Assembly (NCBI GenBank): GCA_023666335.1
Contig: JAMPCE010000001.1
Location: 103,116 to 167,115, forward strand
Length of the DNA: 64,000 nucleotides
From: a bacterium
GTDB lineage: Bacteria; Bacillota; Clostridia; Lachnospirales; Lachnospiraceae
Direction of reading: 5' to 3'
Made by a program: the position numbers and the translations under genes. The notes below the pieces were generated by a model. The model was not told the DNA's origin and made no database searches. It saw only the letters and a program-made list of their open reading frames with translations. Shown here in pieces: positions 34,890 to 44,236 of the stretch (positions are counted from its first letter, which is position 1; each line of letters starts with the position of its first letter).

Positions 34890-37385
34890 ATGGAAAAAAG
34901 AGTGGAGCTTTTGGCTCCTGCGGGAAATTATGAGGCATTTCTGGGCGCCGTAAACGCCGGAGCGGATGCGGTATACCTGGGCGGGGAGCGGTTCGGCGCA
35001 AGGGCATATGCGGACAACTTTCAGGCGGAGGAGATCCTCCGCGCGCTTTCTGTCGCCCATTTTTACGGAAAAAAGATCTACCTGACCGTGAATACCCTCT
35101 TAAAGGAGCGTGAGGTTGAGACGCTTTCCGATTACCTTGCGGATTTTTACGAAGCGGGGCTTGACGGCGTGATTGTGCAGGATCTCGGGGCGCTCCGCTT
35201 TTTGAGAGAACATTTTCCAAGACTTGCGCTCCATGCGAGCACGCAGATGACGGTGACGGGCGTGCGGGGCGCTTCGCTCTTAAAAGCAGCCGGAGTCAGC
35301 CGCATCGTTCCGGCAAGGGAACTGTCCCTGCGGGAAGTGCGTAAGATCCGGGAGGAGGCGGACGTGGAGGTCGAGTGCTTTATCCACGGCGCCATGTGTT
35401 ACTGTTATTCGGGACAGTGTCTTTTCAGCAGCATCTTAGGAGGCAGGAGCGGAAACAGAGGGCGGTGCGCCCAGCCCTGCAGGCTTCCCTATGAGATTTA
35501 CGAGGGAAAGAAGCGGCTGATGGAAGAGGGCTATCCTTTGAGTCTCAAAGATATGTGCACGCTGGAATATCTGCCGTCTCTGATCGGGGCGGGGATCGAC
35601 TCTTTTAAGATCGAGGGCAGGATGAAACGGTCCGAGTACGCGGCGGGCGTCACGGCTGTCTACCGAAAGTACATTGACCGCTATTATGAGGTGGGCGCGG
35701 CATTTTATCAGGTGGACAAGCCGGATCTCGACAGACTGAAAAGCCTCTATATCCGCAGCGAGATCCAGACGGGCTACTATGAGAGACAGAACGGAAAAGA
35801 GATGATCACCCTAAAGAAGCCGGGCTATGAAAGCTGTGACGAGGCGCTGCTTTTGGAGATTCGGGAGGCGTATCTTAAGGAACTGAAAAAGATGCCGGTG
35901 CGGATGCACGCTCGCGTGGCGGTGGGAGAGCCGTTATCGCTACGGATTTTTGGCGATACGGCAGATATGACGGCTGGCGTTGACGGAAACGGCGCGGATC
36001 TACTGCCGGGTGCAGAGGCGGGCGGCAGTAGCAGCGTATCGGCGGAAGTGGCAGGGGAGATCGTGCAGACAGCGAAAAATGCGCCTCTTACGGAAGAGAC
36101 GGTCAAAAAGAGCCTCACGAAAACAGGCGAAAGCCTGCTTGTCGTGGGGGCGTGTGATGTGGAGATCGTCGGCGCGGGCTTCGTGCCGGTGCGGGCGCTG
36201 AATGAACTGCGGCGGGCGGCGGTGTCGGCTTTTGAGCGGGCGGTCCGTGAAGCGCGGATGCAGCCCCACGCGGCGGACGGCAGTTCCGGGTGCGCTGCAA
36301 AGCAGGATGAGACAACGGTGGGACACGGTGCGCGCACTTTTGACGTTTCGGATATGAGAAGAGATATGAATGCAGACCGACCGAGTCAGTCAATGGCAGA
36401 ATCCGTTACATCAACGTCCCGCCGCAACATGACAGAGAGCATATCTGCGCGGGAGGAGAAGACGCCGGAAGCACGGCAAAAGACGGCGCCTGCCCGTCAA
36501 GCGCTCGTCACGACATGGGAACAGTTTGCGGCGGTGCAGGACTGCGGCTGTGCGCGCATCTATGTGGAGAGTGACTTATTTTTGCGGGCGTTTCTGCCAC
36601 CAAAGGATGCGGCGTCGATCCAGCCGGAAGCACAACGGCTGTTTGGAAAGGCGGCGGAAGCGGGAACAGCCTGTTATCTGGCGCTGCCTTATATCCTGCG
36701 TAAGCGGGATGACGCGTATCTGGGCAGACTGGCGGACGCGCTGCAAAAGCCGGAAGTCAGCGGTCTCGTGCAGGGTTTTTTAGTCCGCAATCTGGAGGGG
36801 CTTGCCTTTGCAGGGCAGCTTTCTGCGGCGATACAGGAAAACGGCGGCAGCTGCCGTCTTGTGGCGGATGCGGGGCTTTACTGTTTTAACGGGGAAGCGG
36901 CGGCTTTTCTTTCGGACTATGTGGAGGAGGTCACGCTGCCCTATGAACTGCATGCAGGGGAGGCGGCGCACCTTGCGCAGGCGGCAAAAAAGCGCGGCGT
37001 TACCGTGAATCTGATCGTCTACAGCCATATCCCCATGATGATCACGGCAAACTGTCTGAAAAAGACGGCGGACGGCTGTCTGCTCTCTGCGAAAAAGGGC
37101 GGTGCGCCGGAGAGCGGCGCGGAAAACGCAGGGCGGATTTTCTTAAAAGATCGTAAAGAAATGCGGTTTCCTGTGGAGTTAAATTGCGAACACTGTTATA
37201 ATGTCCTATATAACGCTGTGCCCTATTCACTGCATGCCGCGGCGAAAGAGCGGGAACGGATCGGCGCAGCCGTAAGCCGTTATGATTTTACAATGGAGAC
37301 GGGGGAAGAATGCAGGCAGATCCTGCAGGGAACTTACGCGTTTTCGGATTATACAACAGGGCATTGTAAGCGCGGAGTGGAGTAA
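34890..37385 (+). CDS. Peptidase U32 family protein (collagenase-like) with a long C-terminal extension
   Basis: MEKRVELLAPAGNYEAFLGAVNAGADAVYLGGERFGARAYADNF... is a U32 N-terminal TIM-barrel region. A Cys cluster is present. Total length is 831 aa. Confidence 0.85.
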   Translation: MEKRVELLAPAGNYEAFLGAVNAGADAVYLGGERFGARAYADNFQAEEILRALSVAHFYGKKIYLTVNTLLKEREVETLSDYLADFYEAGLDGVIVQDLGALRFLREHFPRLALHASTQMTVTGVRGASLLKAAGVSRIVPARELSLREVRKIREEADVEVECFIHGAMCYCYSGQCLFSSILGGRSGNRGRCAQPCRLPYEIYEGKKRLMEEGYPLSLKDMCTLEYLPSLIGAGIDSFKIEGRMKRSEYAAGVTAVYRKYIDRYYEVGAAFYQVDKPDLDRLKSLYIRSEIQTGYYERQNGKEMITLKKPGYESCDEALLLEIREAYLKELKKMPVRMHARVAVGEPLSLRIFGDTADMTAGVDGNGADLLPGAEAGGSSSVSAEVAGEIVQTAKNAPLTEETVKKSLTKTGESLLVVGACDVEIVGAGFVPVRALNELRRAAVSAFERAVREARMQPHAADGSSGCAAKQDETTVGHGARTFDVSDMRRDMNADRPSQSMAESVTSTSRRNMTESISAREEKTPEARQKTAPARQALVTTWEQFAAVQDCGCARIYVESDLFLRAFLPPKDAASIQPEAQRLFGKAAEAGTACYLALPYILRKRDDAYLGRLADALQKPEVSGLVQGFLVRNLEGLAFAGQLSAAIQENGGSCRLVADAGLYCFNGEAAAFLSDYVEEVTLPYELHAGEAAHLAQAAKKRGVTVNLIVYSHIPMMITANCLKKTADGCLLSAKKGGAPESGAENAGRIFLKDRKEMRFPVELNCEHCYNVLYNAVPYSLHAAAKERERIGAAVSRYDFTMETGEECRQILQGTYAFSDYTTGHCKRGVE

Positions 37386-37388
37386 GAA

Positions 37389-38798
37389 ATGGACGCTATG
37401 GAGTTATATATCACGGAACTTTCAAAATATTTTATCACCCTGTTCGCCGCCTGTTATACGCTGGAATGCTTTCTGGTGTTTCGGTTTCAGGACGAAGAGC
37501 GGAGGAAAGCCGGGTATATCCGCCAGAACATCTGGATGTTTCTGGTGCATTTCTCGTGCTTTCTGGTCATCTGCTTCGAGACGGGAAAGATCGAGTACCT
37601 GCTTTTTTATGTGTTACAGCAGATTTTACTGTTTTCGACCATCATGCTCTTTCGCATGATCTACCCGAAAGGGAACATGCTCATCATCAACAATACCTGT
37701 ATGCTCTTAAGCATCGGTTTTGTGATCCTGACAAGGCTTTCCTACGAGCGGGCGATCAAGCAGTTTTTCATCGTCACGGCGTCCATCATCATCGGGATGG
37801 CAGTTCCTTTCTTCATGCGGAATCTGAAGTTCCTAAAGAGTCTGACGTGGGTTTATGCAGGCTGCGGGATCCTGGCGCTGGGGGTGGTATTGATCTTAGG
37901 CTCGGTCACATACGGTTCCAAGATCTCCTACTCCATCGCGGGCGTTACGTTCCAGCCCTCGGAGTTTGTGAAGATCCTCTTCGTCTTTTTTGTGGCGAGC
38001 GCTTTTCATGAAACATGGGATTTTCTGCGAGTCGCGGTGACGGCGGTATTGGCGGGGCTTCATGTATTGATTTTGGTGGCGTCGAGAGACTTGGGAAGCG
38101 CACTGATTTTTTTTGTGGTCTATGTGTTCATGGTCGTCATTGCCACGGGAAAGTGGCGCTACCTGCTTTTGGGGGCGGCGGGCGGTTCCGCGGCGGCTGT
38201 GATCGCCTATAAGCTGTTTACCCATGTGCAGCAGCGGGTGTTAGCCTGGCAGGATCCGTTTGCCTGTATCGATGATGCGGGCTTTCAGATCACGCAGTCT
38301 CTGTTCGGAATCAGCAGCGGCGGTTGGTTCGGTCTGGGGCTTTTTCGGGGCAATCCGACGGCGATTCCGCTCGTGGAGGCGGACTTTGTGTTTTCCGCTG
38401 TGGCGGAGGAGCTGGGCATCGTCTTTTCCATGTGCATGATCTTAGTCTGCATCAGCAGTTTCATCATGTGCATGAACATTTCCATGAAGTTACAGGACCG
38501 TTTTTACAGGCTGATCGCTTTCGGTCTCGGCGTCACCTATATCTTTCAGGTATTTCTGACGGTGGGCGGGGGCACGAAGTTCATTCCCATGACGGGCGTG
38601 ACGCTGCCGTTTATCAGCTACGGCGGCAGTTCGGTATTGACAACGCTCGTCATGTTTTTTATCATAGAAGGACTTTACATTATCAGACGGGACGAGGGAG
38701 ACAAACGTGCCAGAAACAAAAAACGAAAAAAGAGAGTCAGAAGAACAGAATGGGAGCCGGAAGAAAGTACGGAGCGGGAAAGCGAAGAAGAAGCGTAA
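37389..38798 (+). CDS. SEDS family peptidoglycan glycosyltransferase (FtsW/RodA/SpoVE) with a Lys/Arg/Glu-rich C-terminal tail
   Basis: Ten TM helices with conserved SEDS loops (...GSKISYSIAGVTFQPSEFVKILFVFFVA...; ...PLVEADFVFSAVAEELG...). It starts 4 nt after the U32 stop. Confidence 0.85.
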   Translation: MDAMELYITELSKYFITLFAACYTLECFLVFRFQDEERRKAGYIRQNIWMFLVHFSCFLVICFETGKIEYLLFYVLQQILLFSTIMLFRMIYPKGNMLIINNTCMLLSIGFVILTRLSYERAIKQFFIVTASIIIGMAVPFFMRNLKFLKSLTWVYAGCGILALGVVLILGSVTYGSKISYSIAGVTFQPSEFVKILFVFFVASAFHETWDFLRVAVTAVLAGLHVLILVASRDLGSALIFFVVYVFMVVIATGKWRYLLLGAAGGSAAAVIAYKLFTHVQQRVLAWQDPFACIDDAGFQITQSLFGISSGGWFGLGLFRGNPTAIPLVEADFVFSAVAEELGIVFSMCMILVCISSFIMCMNISMKLQDRFYRLIAFGLGVTYIFQVFLTVGGGTKFIPMTGVTLPFISYGGSSVLTTLVMFFIIEGLYIIRRDEGDKRARNKKRKKRVRRTEWEPEESTERESEEEA

Positions 38799-40194
38799 CC
38801 GGCAGATCCTTGCGGTCACCTGGTTTTTCGTGGGGCTGCTTTTGGTGATGATGGGCTATACTGCCCATTATGCCGCGACACACAGGCAGGAACTGATCAA
38901 TAACAGCTACAACAGCAGGCAGAGTCTGCTCGTTGCGCAGAACAGACGGGGCACGATCTATGCGTCCGGCGGTCAGAAACTGGCGGAGACGCAGACGGAT
39001 GAAGCCGGGGAGGAAGTGCGCGTCTATCCGTACGCCAATCTGTTTTCCCACGCGGTCGGCTATGCCGCAAACGGCAGATTCGGGGTGGAGGCGCAGGCAA
39101 ATTACTACCTGATCAATTCCAACACGAAACTTTCCGAGAAAGTGGCAAGCGATATGGCGGGGGAAAAATACCCCGGAGACAACGTAATCACCACGCTCGA
39201 CGTCGATCTCCAGCAGATCGCCTATGATTCGCTCGGTATCTACAAGGGAGCGGTGCTGGTGACGGAACCGAAGACCGGCAGGATCCTTGCTATGGTGTCG
39301 AAGCCGGATTTCGATCCCAATGAGATCGAGGAGATCTGGGACGGGCTGCTGGAAGATGAGGAGAGCAGCGTGCTCTTAAACCGGACGACGCAGGGACTCT
39401 ATCCGCCGGGCTCCACCTTTAAGATCGTGACGGCGTTAGAGTATGTGAGAGAGAATATTGACTCATATAGTCAATTCCGATATCAGTGTGACGGGCATTT
39501 TTCCCACGGGGAGGAGCGGATCAACTGTTATCACGGCTCGGCTCACGGCAGCGAGGACTTTACGAAAGCCTTTGCGAAGTCCTGCAATTCCGCCTTTGCG
39601 AGCATCGGCCTTACGCTGGACCGCGACAGATTCGGCAGGACATTGAACGGTCTTTTGTTCAACCAGCCGCTCGAAGTCGATTTTTCCTATCAGCCAAGCA
39701 GTCTGCATATCGATGCGGATACCGCGGACGCGGATATGATGCAGGCGGCTATCGGGCAGGGAACGACGCAGATCACGCCCCTGCAGCTCAATATGATCAC
39801 CTGCGCCATCGCAAACAACGGGATGCTGATGAAGCCTTATCTGATCGACCGCGTGGAGAATCATGAGAAAGCGGTGGTGAAGCAGTTCTCGCCGGACGCC
39901 TATAAGCGGCTGATGACGGAAGAGGAAGCGCAGATCATGACGGAACTGATGAAAGAGGTCGTGGAGAGCGGCACGGGAACAAAACTTTCCGGTCTGTCCT
40001 ACACGGCTGCGGGGAAAACCGGTTCTGCGGAATACAATCAGGTAAAGACAGACTCCCACGCCTGGTTTACCGGTTTTGCACCCGCAGAAGATCCGGAAGT
40101 GTGCGTGACCATCATCATAGAAGGGGCGGGCAGCGGCGGCGATTACGCCGTGCCGATCGCCAAACGGATCCTGGACGCCTGGATGGGCGTATAG
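38707..40194 (+). CDS. Class B penicillin-binding protein (peptidoglycan D,D-transpeptidase, PBP2/SpoVD type)
   Basis: SxxK (GSTFKIV), SxN (KSCNSAF) and KTG (AGKTGSAEY) motifs. The N-terminal TM anchor is ILAVTWFFVGLLLVMMGY. GTG start at 38707 with a gaggga RBS. It overlaps the SEDS gene 3' end by 92 nt in another frame. Confidence 0.85.
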   Translation: MPETKNEKRESEEQNGSRKKVRSGKAKKKRNRQILAVTWFFVGLLLVMMGYTAHYAATHRQELINNSYNSRQSLLVAQNRRGTIYASGGQKLAETQTDEAGEEVRVYPYANLFSHAVGYAANGRFGVEAQANYYLINSNTKLSEKVASDMAGEKYPGDNVITTLDVDLQQIAYDSLGIYKGAVLVTEPKTGRILAMVSKPDFDPNEIEEIWDGLLEDEESSVLLNRTTQGLYPPGSTFKIVTALEYVRENIDSYSQFRYQCDGHFSHGEERINCYHGSAHGSEDFTKAFAKSCNSAFASIGLTLDRDRFGRTLNGLLFNQPLEVDFSYQPSSLHIDADTADADMMQAAIGQGTTQITPLQLNMITCAIANNGMLMKPYLIDRVENHEKAVVKQFSPDAYKRLMTEEEAQIMTELMKEVVESGTGTKLSGLSYTAAGKTGSAEYNQVKTDSHAWFTGFAPAEDPEVCVTIIIEGAGSGGDYAVPIAKRILDAWMGV

Positions 40195-40195
40195 A

Positions 40196-41254
40196 TCAGA
40201 AAATAGCCGTTATTGTAAGGTCGGGCTTGGACGAGAGGTCGATGAGCGAACCGTCTTCCTGCTGCAAAAGCGGTCGGGAGAGATTGTCTTTGTTCAGGTG
40301 CATGATCTTTGCCTCCGTATCGTCGCTTAAGCGGACCGTGAAACCAAGCTGCGTCGCGGCGATGTGGTAGAGGATGGGCGTGAGGATCGCGCGCTCATAT
40401 TTTTCATAACCGTCCCGCTCAAAATTCTCGATGACCTGGAACGGATTCAGGGGCTGCCTGTAAGTGCGGGCGGAGGTCATGGCCTCGTAGGCGTCTATGA
40501 CGGCGATATATTTGGCGAAAATATCGATCTTATCGCCCTTGAGTTTGGAAGGATAGCCGGAGCCGTCGCAGCGCTCGTGGTGCATGAGCGTAGCCTTGAT
40601 CACATGTTCGTCCAGAGACTGGTCCTTTAACAGGTCGAAGCCCAGCATGGTGTGGGTCTTTAGCGTGGTAAATTCCAGATCGGTGAGTTTATCCGACTTC
40701 CAGAGGAGTTCCTGCGGAATTTTCAGCTTTCCGATGTCATAGAAGAACGCGCATTGGATGAGCAGCCGCATATCTTCTTCGGAAAGTTCCCACCAGGTGC
40801 CGAACACCCCGGCGATTAGCGCGGAATTTAAGCAGTGCGCGTGGGTCATGGCATCCTCGCGCGGCAGCATATTGTAGAGAAAGTCGAGGAGCGATTCTCC
40901 GGTGCCCGCACAGGCGGTGAGCTTTGTGTAGATATCGTTCAACTGGCTGGTGCTCTTCCAGACGCCGGTCTCCACAAAGCCGTTCATGAGTTTTGCATAG
41001 ATAGGCATACAGTTGTTGTAGGTGAGCTGAAAGGTCTGAAAAGCCTTGCTTAAGCGCACTTTTTCAAAGTGGGTCGTGGCAAAGTCGATCTCTTCCTTGA
41101 CCGGTACGCAGATGATGGAGTGGAGCGCGAGTTTTTTGATCACCTTTTCATCCACGGCCGTGTCTTTCGCAAGGATCAGTTCATTCTGGTAGTTGTAGAT
41201 ATCCTCGCCGATCACCATGCCGTTTTCCAGAGCCATGCGTGCTACGTCTTTCAT
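40196..41254 (-). CDS. HD-GYP domain protein (putative c-di-GMP phosphodiesterase) with an uncharacterised N-terminal domain
   Basis: HD motif ...HAHCLNSALIAG...FYDIGKLKIP... and the GYP signature HHERCDGSGYP. The start is reset to the ATG (MKDVARMALENG) with GGAGG 6 nt upstream. Confidence 0.8.
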   Translation of the reverse strand: MKDVARMALENGMVIGEDIYNYQNELILAKDTAVDEKVIKKLALHSIICVPVKEEIDFATTHFEKVRLSKAFQTFQLTYNNCMPIYAKLMNGFVETGVWKSTSQLNDIYTKLTACAGTGESLLDFLYNMLPREDAMTHAHCLNSALIAGVFGTWWELSEEDMRLLIQCAFFYDIGKLKIPQELLWKSDKLTDLEFTTLKTHTMLGFDLLKDQSLDEHVIKATLMHHERCDGSGYPSKLKGDKIDIFAKYIAVIDAYEAMTSARTYRQPLNPFQVIENFERDGYEKYERAILTPILYHIAATQLGFTVRLSDDTEAKIMHLNKDNLSRPLLQQEDGSLIDLSSKPDLTITAIF

Positions 41255-41387
41255 GGGAAACCTCCTATATGTTGTAGTGAAACGGTTTGTTTTGTGAAAA
41301 AAGCCGGCAGATATAGTAGCCGTCTGCACTTATAGTATAATTCTTCTGTCGTAGAAGTCAATCTTTTCTTTGAAAGGAAGGTATGTT

Positions 41388-41561
41388 ATGAGTATATGTG
41401 ACACATGCAGCAATTATCAGTATGACGAGGACTACGAATATTATGTGTGCATGGTGGACTTGGACGAGGACGATATGCGGCATTTTTTGGACGGCGGGAG
41501 TTTCGACTGCGCGTTTTACCAGCGGGACGACGAATACGGCATCGTGCGTAAGCAGATGTGA
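41388..41561 (+). CDS. Small acidic Cys-containing hypothetical protein, 57 aa
   Basis: MSICDTCSNYQYDEDYEYYVCMVDLDEDDMRHFLDGGSFDCAFYQRDDEYGIVRKQM, with a CxxC plus two further Cys and an aaggaagg RBS. Confidence 0.4.
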   Translation: MSICDTCSNYQYDEDYEYYVCMVDLDEDDMRHFLDGGSFDCAFYQRDDEYGIVRKQM

Positions 41562-41626
41562 GGGGATGTGAGGCGCGCGGAAATTTCAGTGTTTTATTAT
41601 GAGGAAATTTGGTGTATAATCGACCT

Positions 41627-41956
41627 ATGAAATTTTATAAATACCTCTATATCGGGGATACTGTAAAAAAGCCCAAACGGGCTATCATGAAACTGAAAAG
41701 ACACAAGCTCCAGACGGGACTTTATGTGATCGTCTATGAAAAGGAGACGGCGCGCCTTGCGTTTTACCACAATATGCTCCTTTCCCAGTGGTATTACAAG
41801 GACAACCCGCCTGCCTGTATCGTCGGATTGGCAAACGGCAGGGAGGAAGCCTGTGAGATGATCGAAAAGATTGCAGGGGAGGCCCTTGCAGCGATCGGAG
41901 AAGCGTCCCTGATCGCTTATCTTTCGGGAAAAGATCCGGAGAGTTTTCAAGAGTGA
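41627..41956 (+). CDS. Hypothetical protein of about 110 aa. The start is uncertain (GTG at 41612 or ATG at 41627).
   Basis: An ORF with typical codon usage between the small Cys protein and the DUF2953-like gene. I recognise no domain. Confidence 0.4.
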   Translation: MKFYKYLYIGDTVKKPKRAIMKLKRHKLQTGLYVIVYEKETARLAFYHNMLLSQWYYKDNPPACIVGLANGREEACEMIEKIAGEALAAIGEASLIAYLSGKDPESFQE

Positions 41957-41986
41957 TTGTATGAAAGACGGACGGTCGGAGAGAAG

Positions 41987-43048
41987 ATGCTACATATTCT
42001 GTTACTGATTCTAAAAATAATAGGGATCATACTCCTCTGTATTCTGGGAATACTGATCTTGTCGGTTTTTGGTCTGCTCTTTGTACCCGTCCGCTATCGG
42101 ATCGAGGCGGTCCGGAAAGAGGGGGAAGGAGAGCCTCCGGCGGCGGTCCGGGTGAAGATCACCTGGCTTTTGCATTTTGTCAATGTCCTGTTTCGCTATG
42201 CGGGCGAAGTGCAGATGCGCGTACGGATCGCGGTCATAACAGTCTTTCGCTATCCGAAACGGGAAAGGGCGGCAAAGCGGCAGAAAAGGCGCAGAGAAAA
42301 GAAAGAACGCGAAAGAACATCCGAAGCAAGGGCAGGCAGTGTGGAGCCGCAAGCCGGCGGCACGGAGATGACGGCGGGCGGCACAGCGCCGGAGGTGGGA
42401 AGCACAGCGATAGAAAAGGAAGACGATACGTCGTCGGTTAAGAGCGCGGCGTCTCATGCGGACGGCACGGAAGCCGTCAGCGCAGAGCGGCAGGCTGACA
42501 GGGCTGAGACAACAGCGGAGCCGGAAGACGGAGAGGAAACCGCATCGCGCGGTCAGTCAATTTGGGACAAGATCCGCGCATTTTGGGAGAAGATCCTTGC
42601 TTTCCTAAGACAGGTGAAAGATTTCTTCACAAATATGCAGTACACAATCCGGCAGTTCTGTGATAAAATAGAATCTGTGCAGAGCGGCATCGCGCTTCGC
42701 TATGAAGTGCTGACGAGCGATCAGTTTCGGGAAGTGTGGGAATCGTGCCAAAAGGAGCTGGGAAAAGTCCTGCGGAGTCTGAAACCGAAAAAGCTGGAAG
42801 CGGATATCATCGTAGGGATGGACGATCCGGCGGCGACCGGAGAGATCCTGGCTGTCTGTGGGATGTTGTATCCGCTCTTTGGCGGTCATGTGAATGTGGC
42901 GGGAGATTTTGAACAGAAACGACTGGAAGGACGGTTTTTCATGAAAGGAAAGGTCAGCAGTTTCAGACTGCTGTGGACCGGCTGGAAACTTTACCGTAAT
43001 CGGAAACTGAGGAATATCTACAGATTATTGAAAGAAGGAGGCAGTTAA
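41987..43048 (+). CDS. DUF2953/YtfI-like sporulation-associated membrane protein (N-terminal TM helix, acidic low-complexity middle)
   Basis: N-terminal MLHILLLILKIIGIILLCILGILILSVFGLLFVPVRYRIEA... It lies immediately upstream of a GerW/YtfJ homolog, the classic ytfI-ytfJ arrangement, and ends 0 nt before the GerW ATG. Confidence 0.55.
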   Translation: MLHILLLILKIIGIILLCILGILILSVFGLLFVPVRYRIEAVRKEGEGEPPAAVRVKITWLLHFVNVLFRYAGEVQMRVRIAVITVFRYPKRERAAKRQKRRREKKERERTSEARAGSVEPQAGGTEMTAGGTAPEVGSTAIEKEDDTSSVKSAASHADGTEAVSAERQADRAETTAEPEDGEETASRGQSIWDKIRAFWEKILAFLRQVKDFFTNMQYTIRQFCDKIESVQSGIALRYEVLTSDQFREVWESCQKELGKVLRSLKPKKLEADIIVGMDDPAATGEILAVCGMLYPLFGGHVNVAGDFEQKRLEGRFFMKGKVSSFRLLWTGWKLYRNRKLRNIYRLLKEGGS

Positions 43049-43453
43049 ATGGCTGAAAACAATTTTAACGGCGTGATCGAGTCCCTGATGAAAGGCATGA
43101 ATGCCGTGATCGGGACTAAGACGGTGGTGGGAGACGCCACACAGGTGGGAGACACCATCATTCTGCCTCTGGTGGATGTGAGTTTCGGCGTCGGTGCAGG
43201 CGCCAGCGCATCCGATAAGAAAAACGGCGGGGGCGGCGGTTTTTCCGCAAAGATGAGTCCCAGCGCGGTGCTGGTGATCAAAAACGGCACGACCAAACTG
43301 GTGAATGTCAAGAATCAGGATATGGTGACGAAAGTGCTCGACATGATCCCGGACGTTGTGGAAAAGTTCACATCGCCCAAGGAAGAGATGATGGAGGACG
43401 GCAAGGCGGTGGATATCGCTTTTCCGGAGGAGAAGAAAGCGGAAGATCAGTAA
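43049..43453 (+). CDS. GerW/YtfJ family sporulation protein
   Basis: ...VIGTKTVVGDATQVGDTIILPLVDVSFGVGAGASAS...SAVLVIKNG matches the GerW family. RBS gaaggagg. Confidence 0.8.
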   Translation: MAENNFNGVIESLMKGMNAVIGTKTVVGDATQVGDTIILPLVDVSFGVGAGASASDKKNGGGGGFSAKMSPSAVLVIKNGTTKLVNVKNQDMVTKVLDMIPDVVEKFTSPKEEMMEDGKAVDIAFPEEKKAEDQ

Positions 43454-43518
43454 GCGGAAAAGCACCCGCGGATAAGCGGCTGCATATCGTATCATAAGAG
43501 CATAAGCAGGGGGATCCC

Positions 43519-43659
43519 ATGAAGAAACTGATCGGGTTTACCGCATTGTGCGTTGCCGCAGGTATGATCATCATGCTGTTTTTGATGAATCGCTTTCTGG
43601 GGATCGTGCTGATCGCGCTGCTTGTGCTGGTCGGATACGGCTTTTTTTGTTGTGATTAG
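43519..43659 (+). CDS. Tiny hydrophobic protein, 46 aa, with two TM segments and a C-terminal CCD. Not in the ORF track.
   Basis: MKKLIGFTALCVAAGMIIMLFLMNRFLGIVLIALLVLVGYGFFCCD. The RBS agcaggggga lies 6 nt before the ATG. Confidence 0.35.
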   Translation: MKKLIGFTALCVAAGMIIMLFLMNRFLGIVLIALLVLVGYGFFCCD

Positions 43660-43679
43660 AGATCGGGGTTTGGGATACG

Positions 43680-44213
43680 ATGGATAGCAAAAGAAACGAT
43701 AACATAGATAAAGAATGGCTGTTTCGGGAAAATATCCGCCTCGCGGCATTGGCGGCGGAACTCGAGGAAAGACAGGCAGAGCTCGACGAAACGCAGGAGA
43801 AGTTTGCGCAGGAAAAACAGCGGTTTCAGGAAGAAATGAAAGCCCTGAACCGCAAACTGACCAATGAGCAGAGGCGGGTCAAAAAGGACAGCAAGCTGGT
43901 GGCGGAGAAGCTGGAGATCATAAAGGACGGTTTCCAGAAACTCGATCTGGACCGCAGACGATTGGAGAAGGAGTGGGCGAGGCTTACCGCCGAGAAAGAG
44001 TTTATGGAGGAGCACGGTCTTTACGACGCGCTTCCCGAGGTGAGCGTCTTTTTCCGCGGCGTGAAAAATCCTATGGCGCTGAAAAAGCGCTATAAGGATC
44101 TGACAAAGATCTTCCATCCGGACAACCTTGCCGGAGACACGGAGATTCTTCAGAAGATCAACAGGGAGTACGAGTGCCTGAAACGGGAGTTTGAAAAGAC
44201 GAAGCAGGCGTAA
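43680..44213 (+). CDS. J-domain protein (C-terminal DnaJ domain with HPD motif, N-terminal coiled coil)
   Basis: C-terminal ...ALKKRYKDLTKIFHPDNLAGDTEILQKINREYECLKREFEK, a J-domain with HPD. The N-terminal two thirds are E/K/R/Q-rich coiled coil. Confidence 0.7.
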   Translation: MDSKRNDNIDKEWLFRENIRLAALAAELEERQAELDETQEKFAQEKQRFQEEMKALNRKLTNEQRRVKKDSKLVAEKLEIIKDGFQKLDLDRRRLEKEWARLTAEKEFMEEHGLYDALPEVSVFFRGVKNPMALKKRYKDLTKIFHPDNLAGDTEILQKINREYECLKREFEKTKQA

Positions 44214-44236
44214 AAAGGGCAAAGCAGGAGAGCCGC

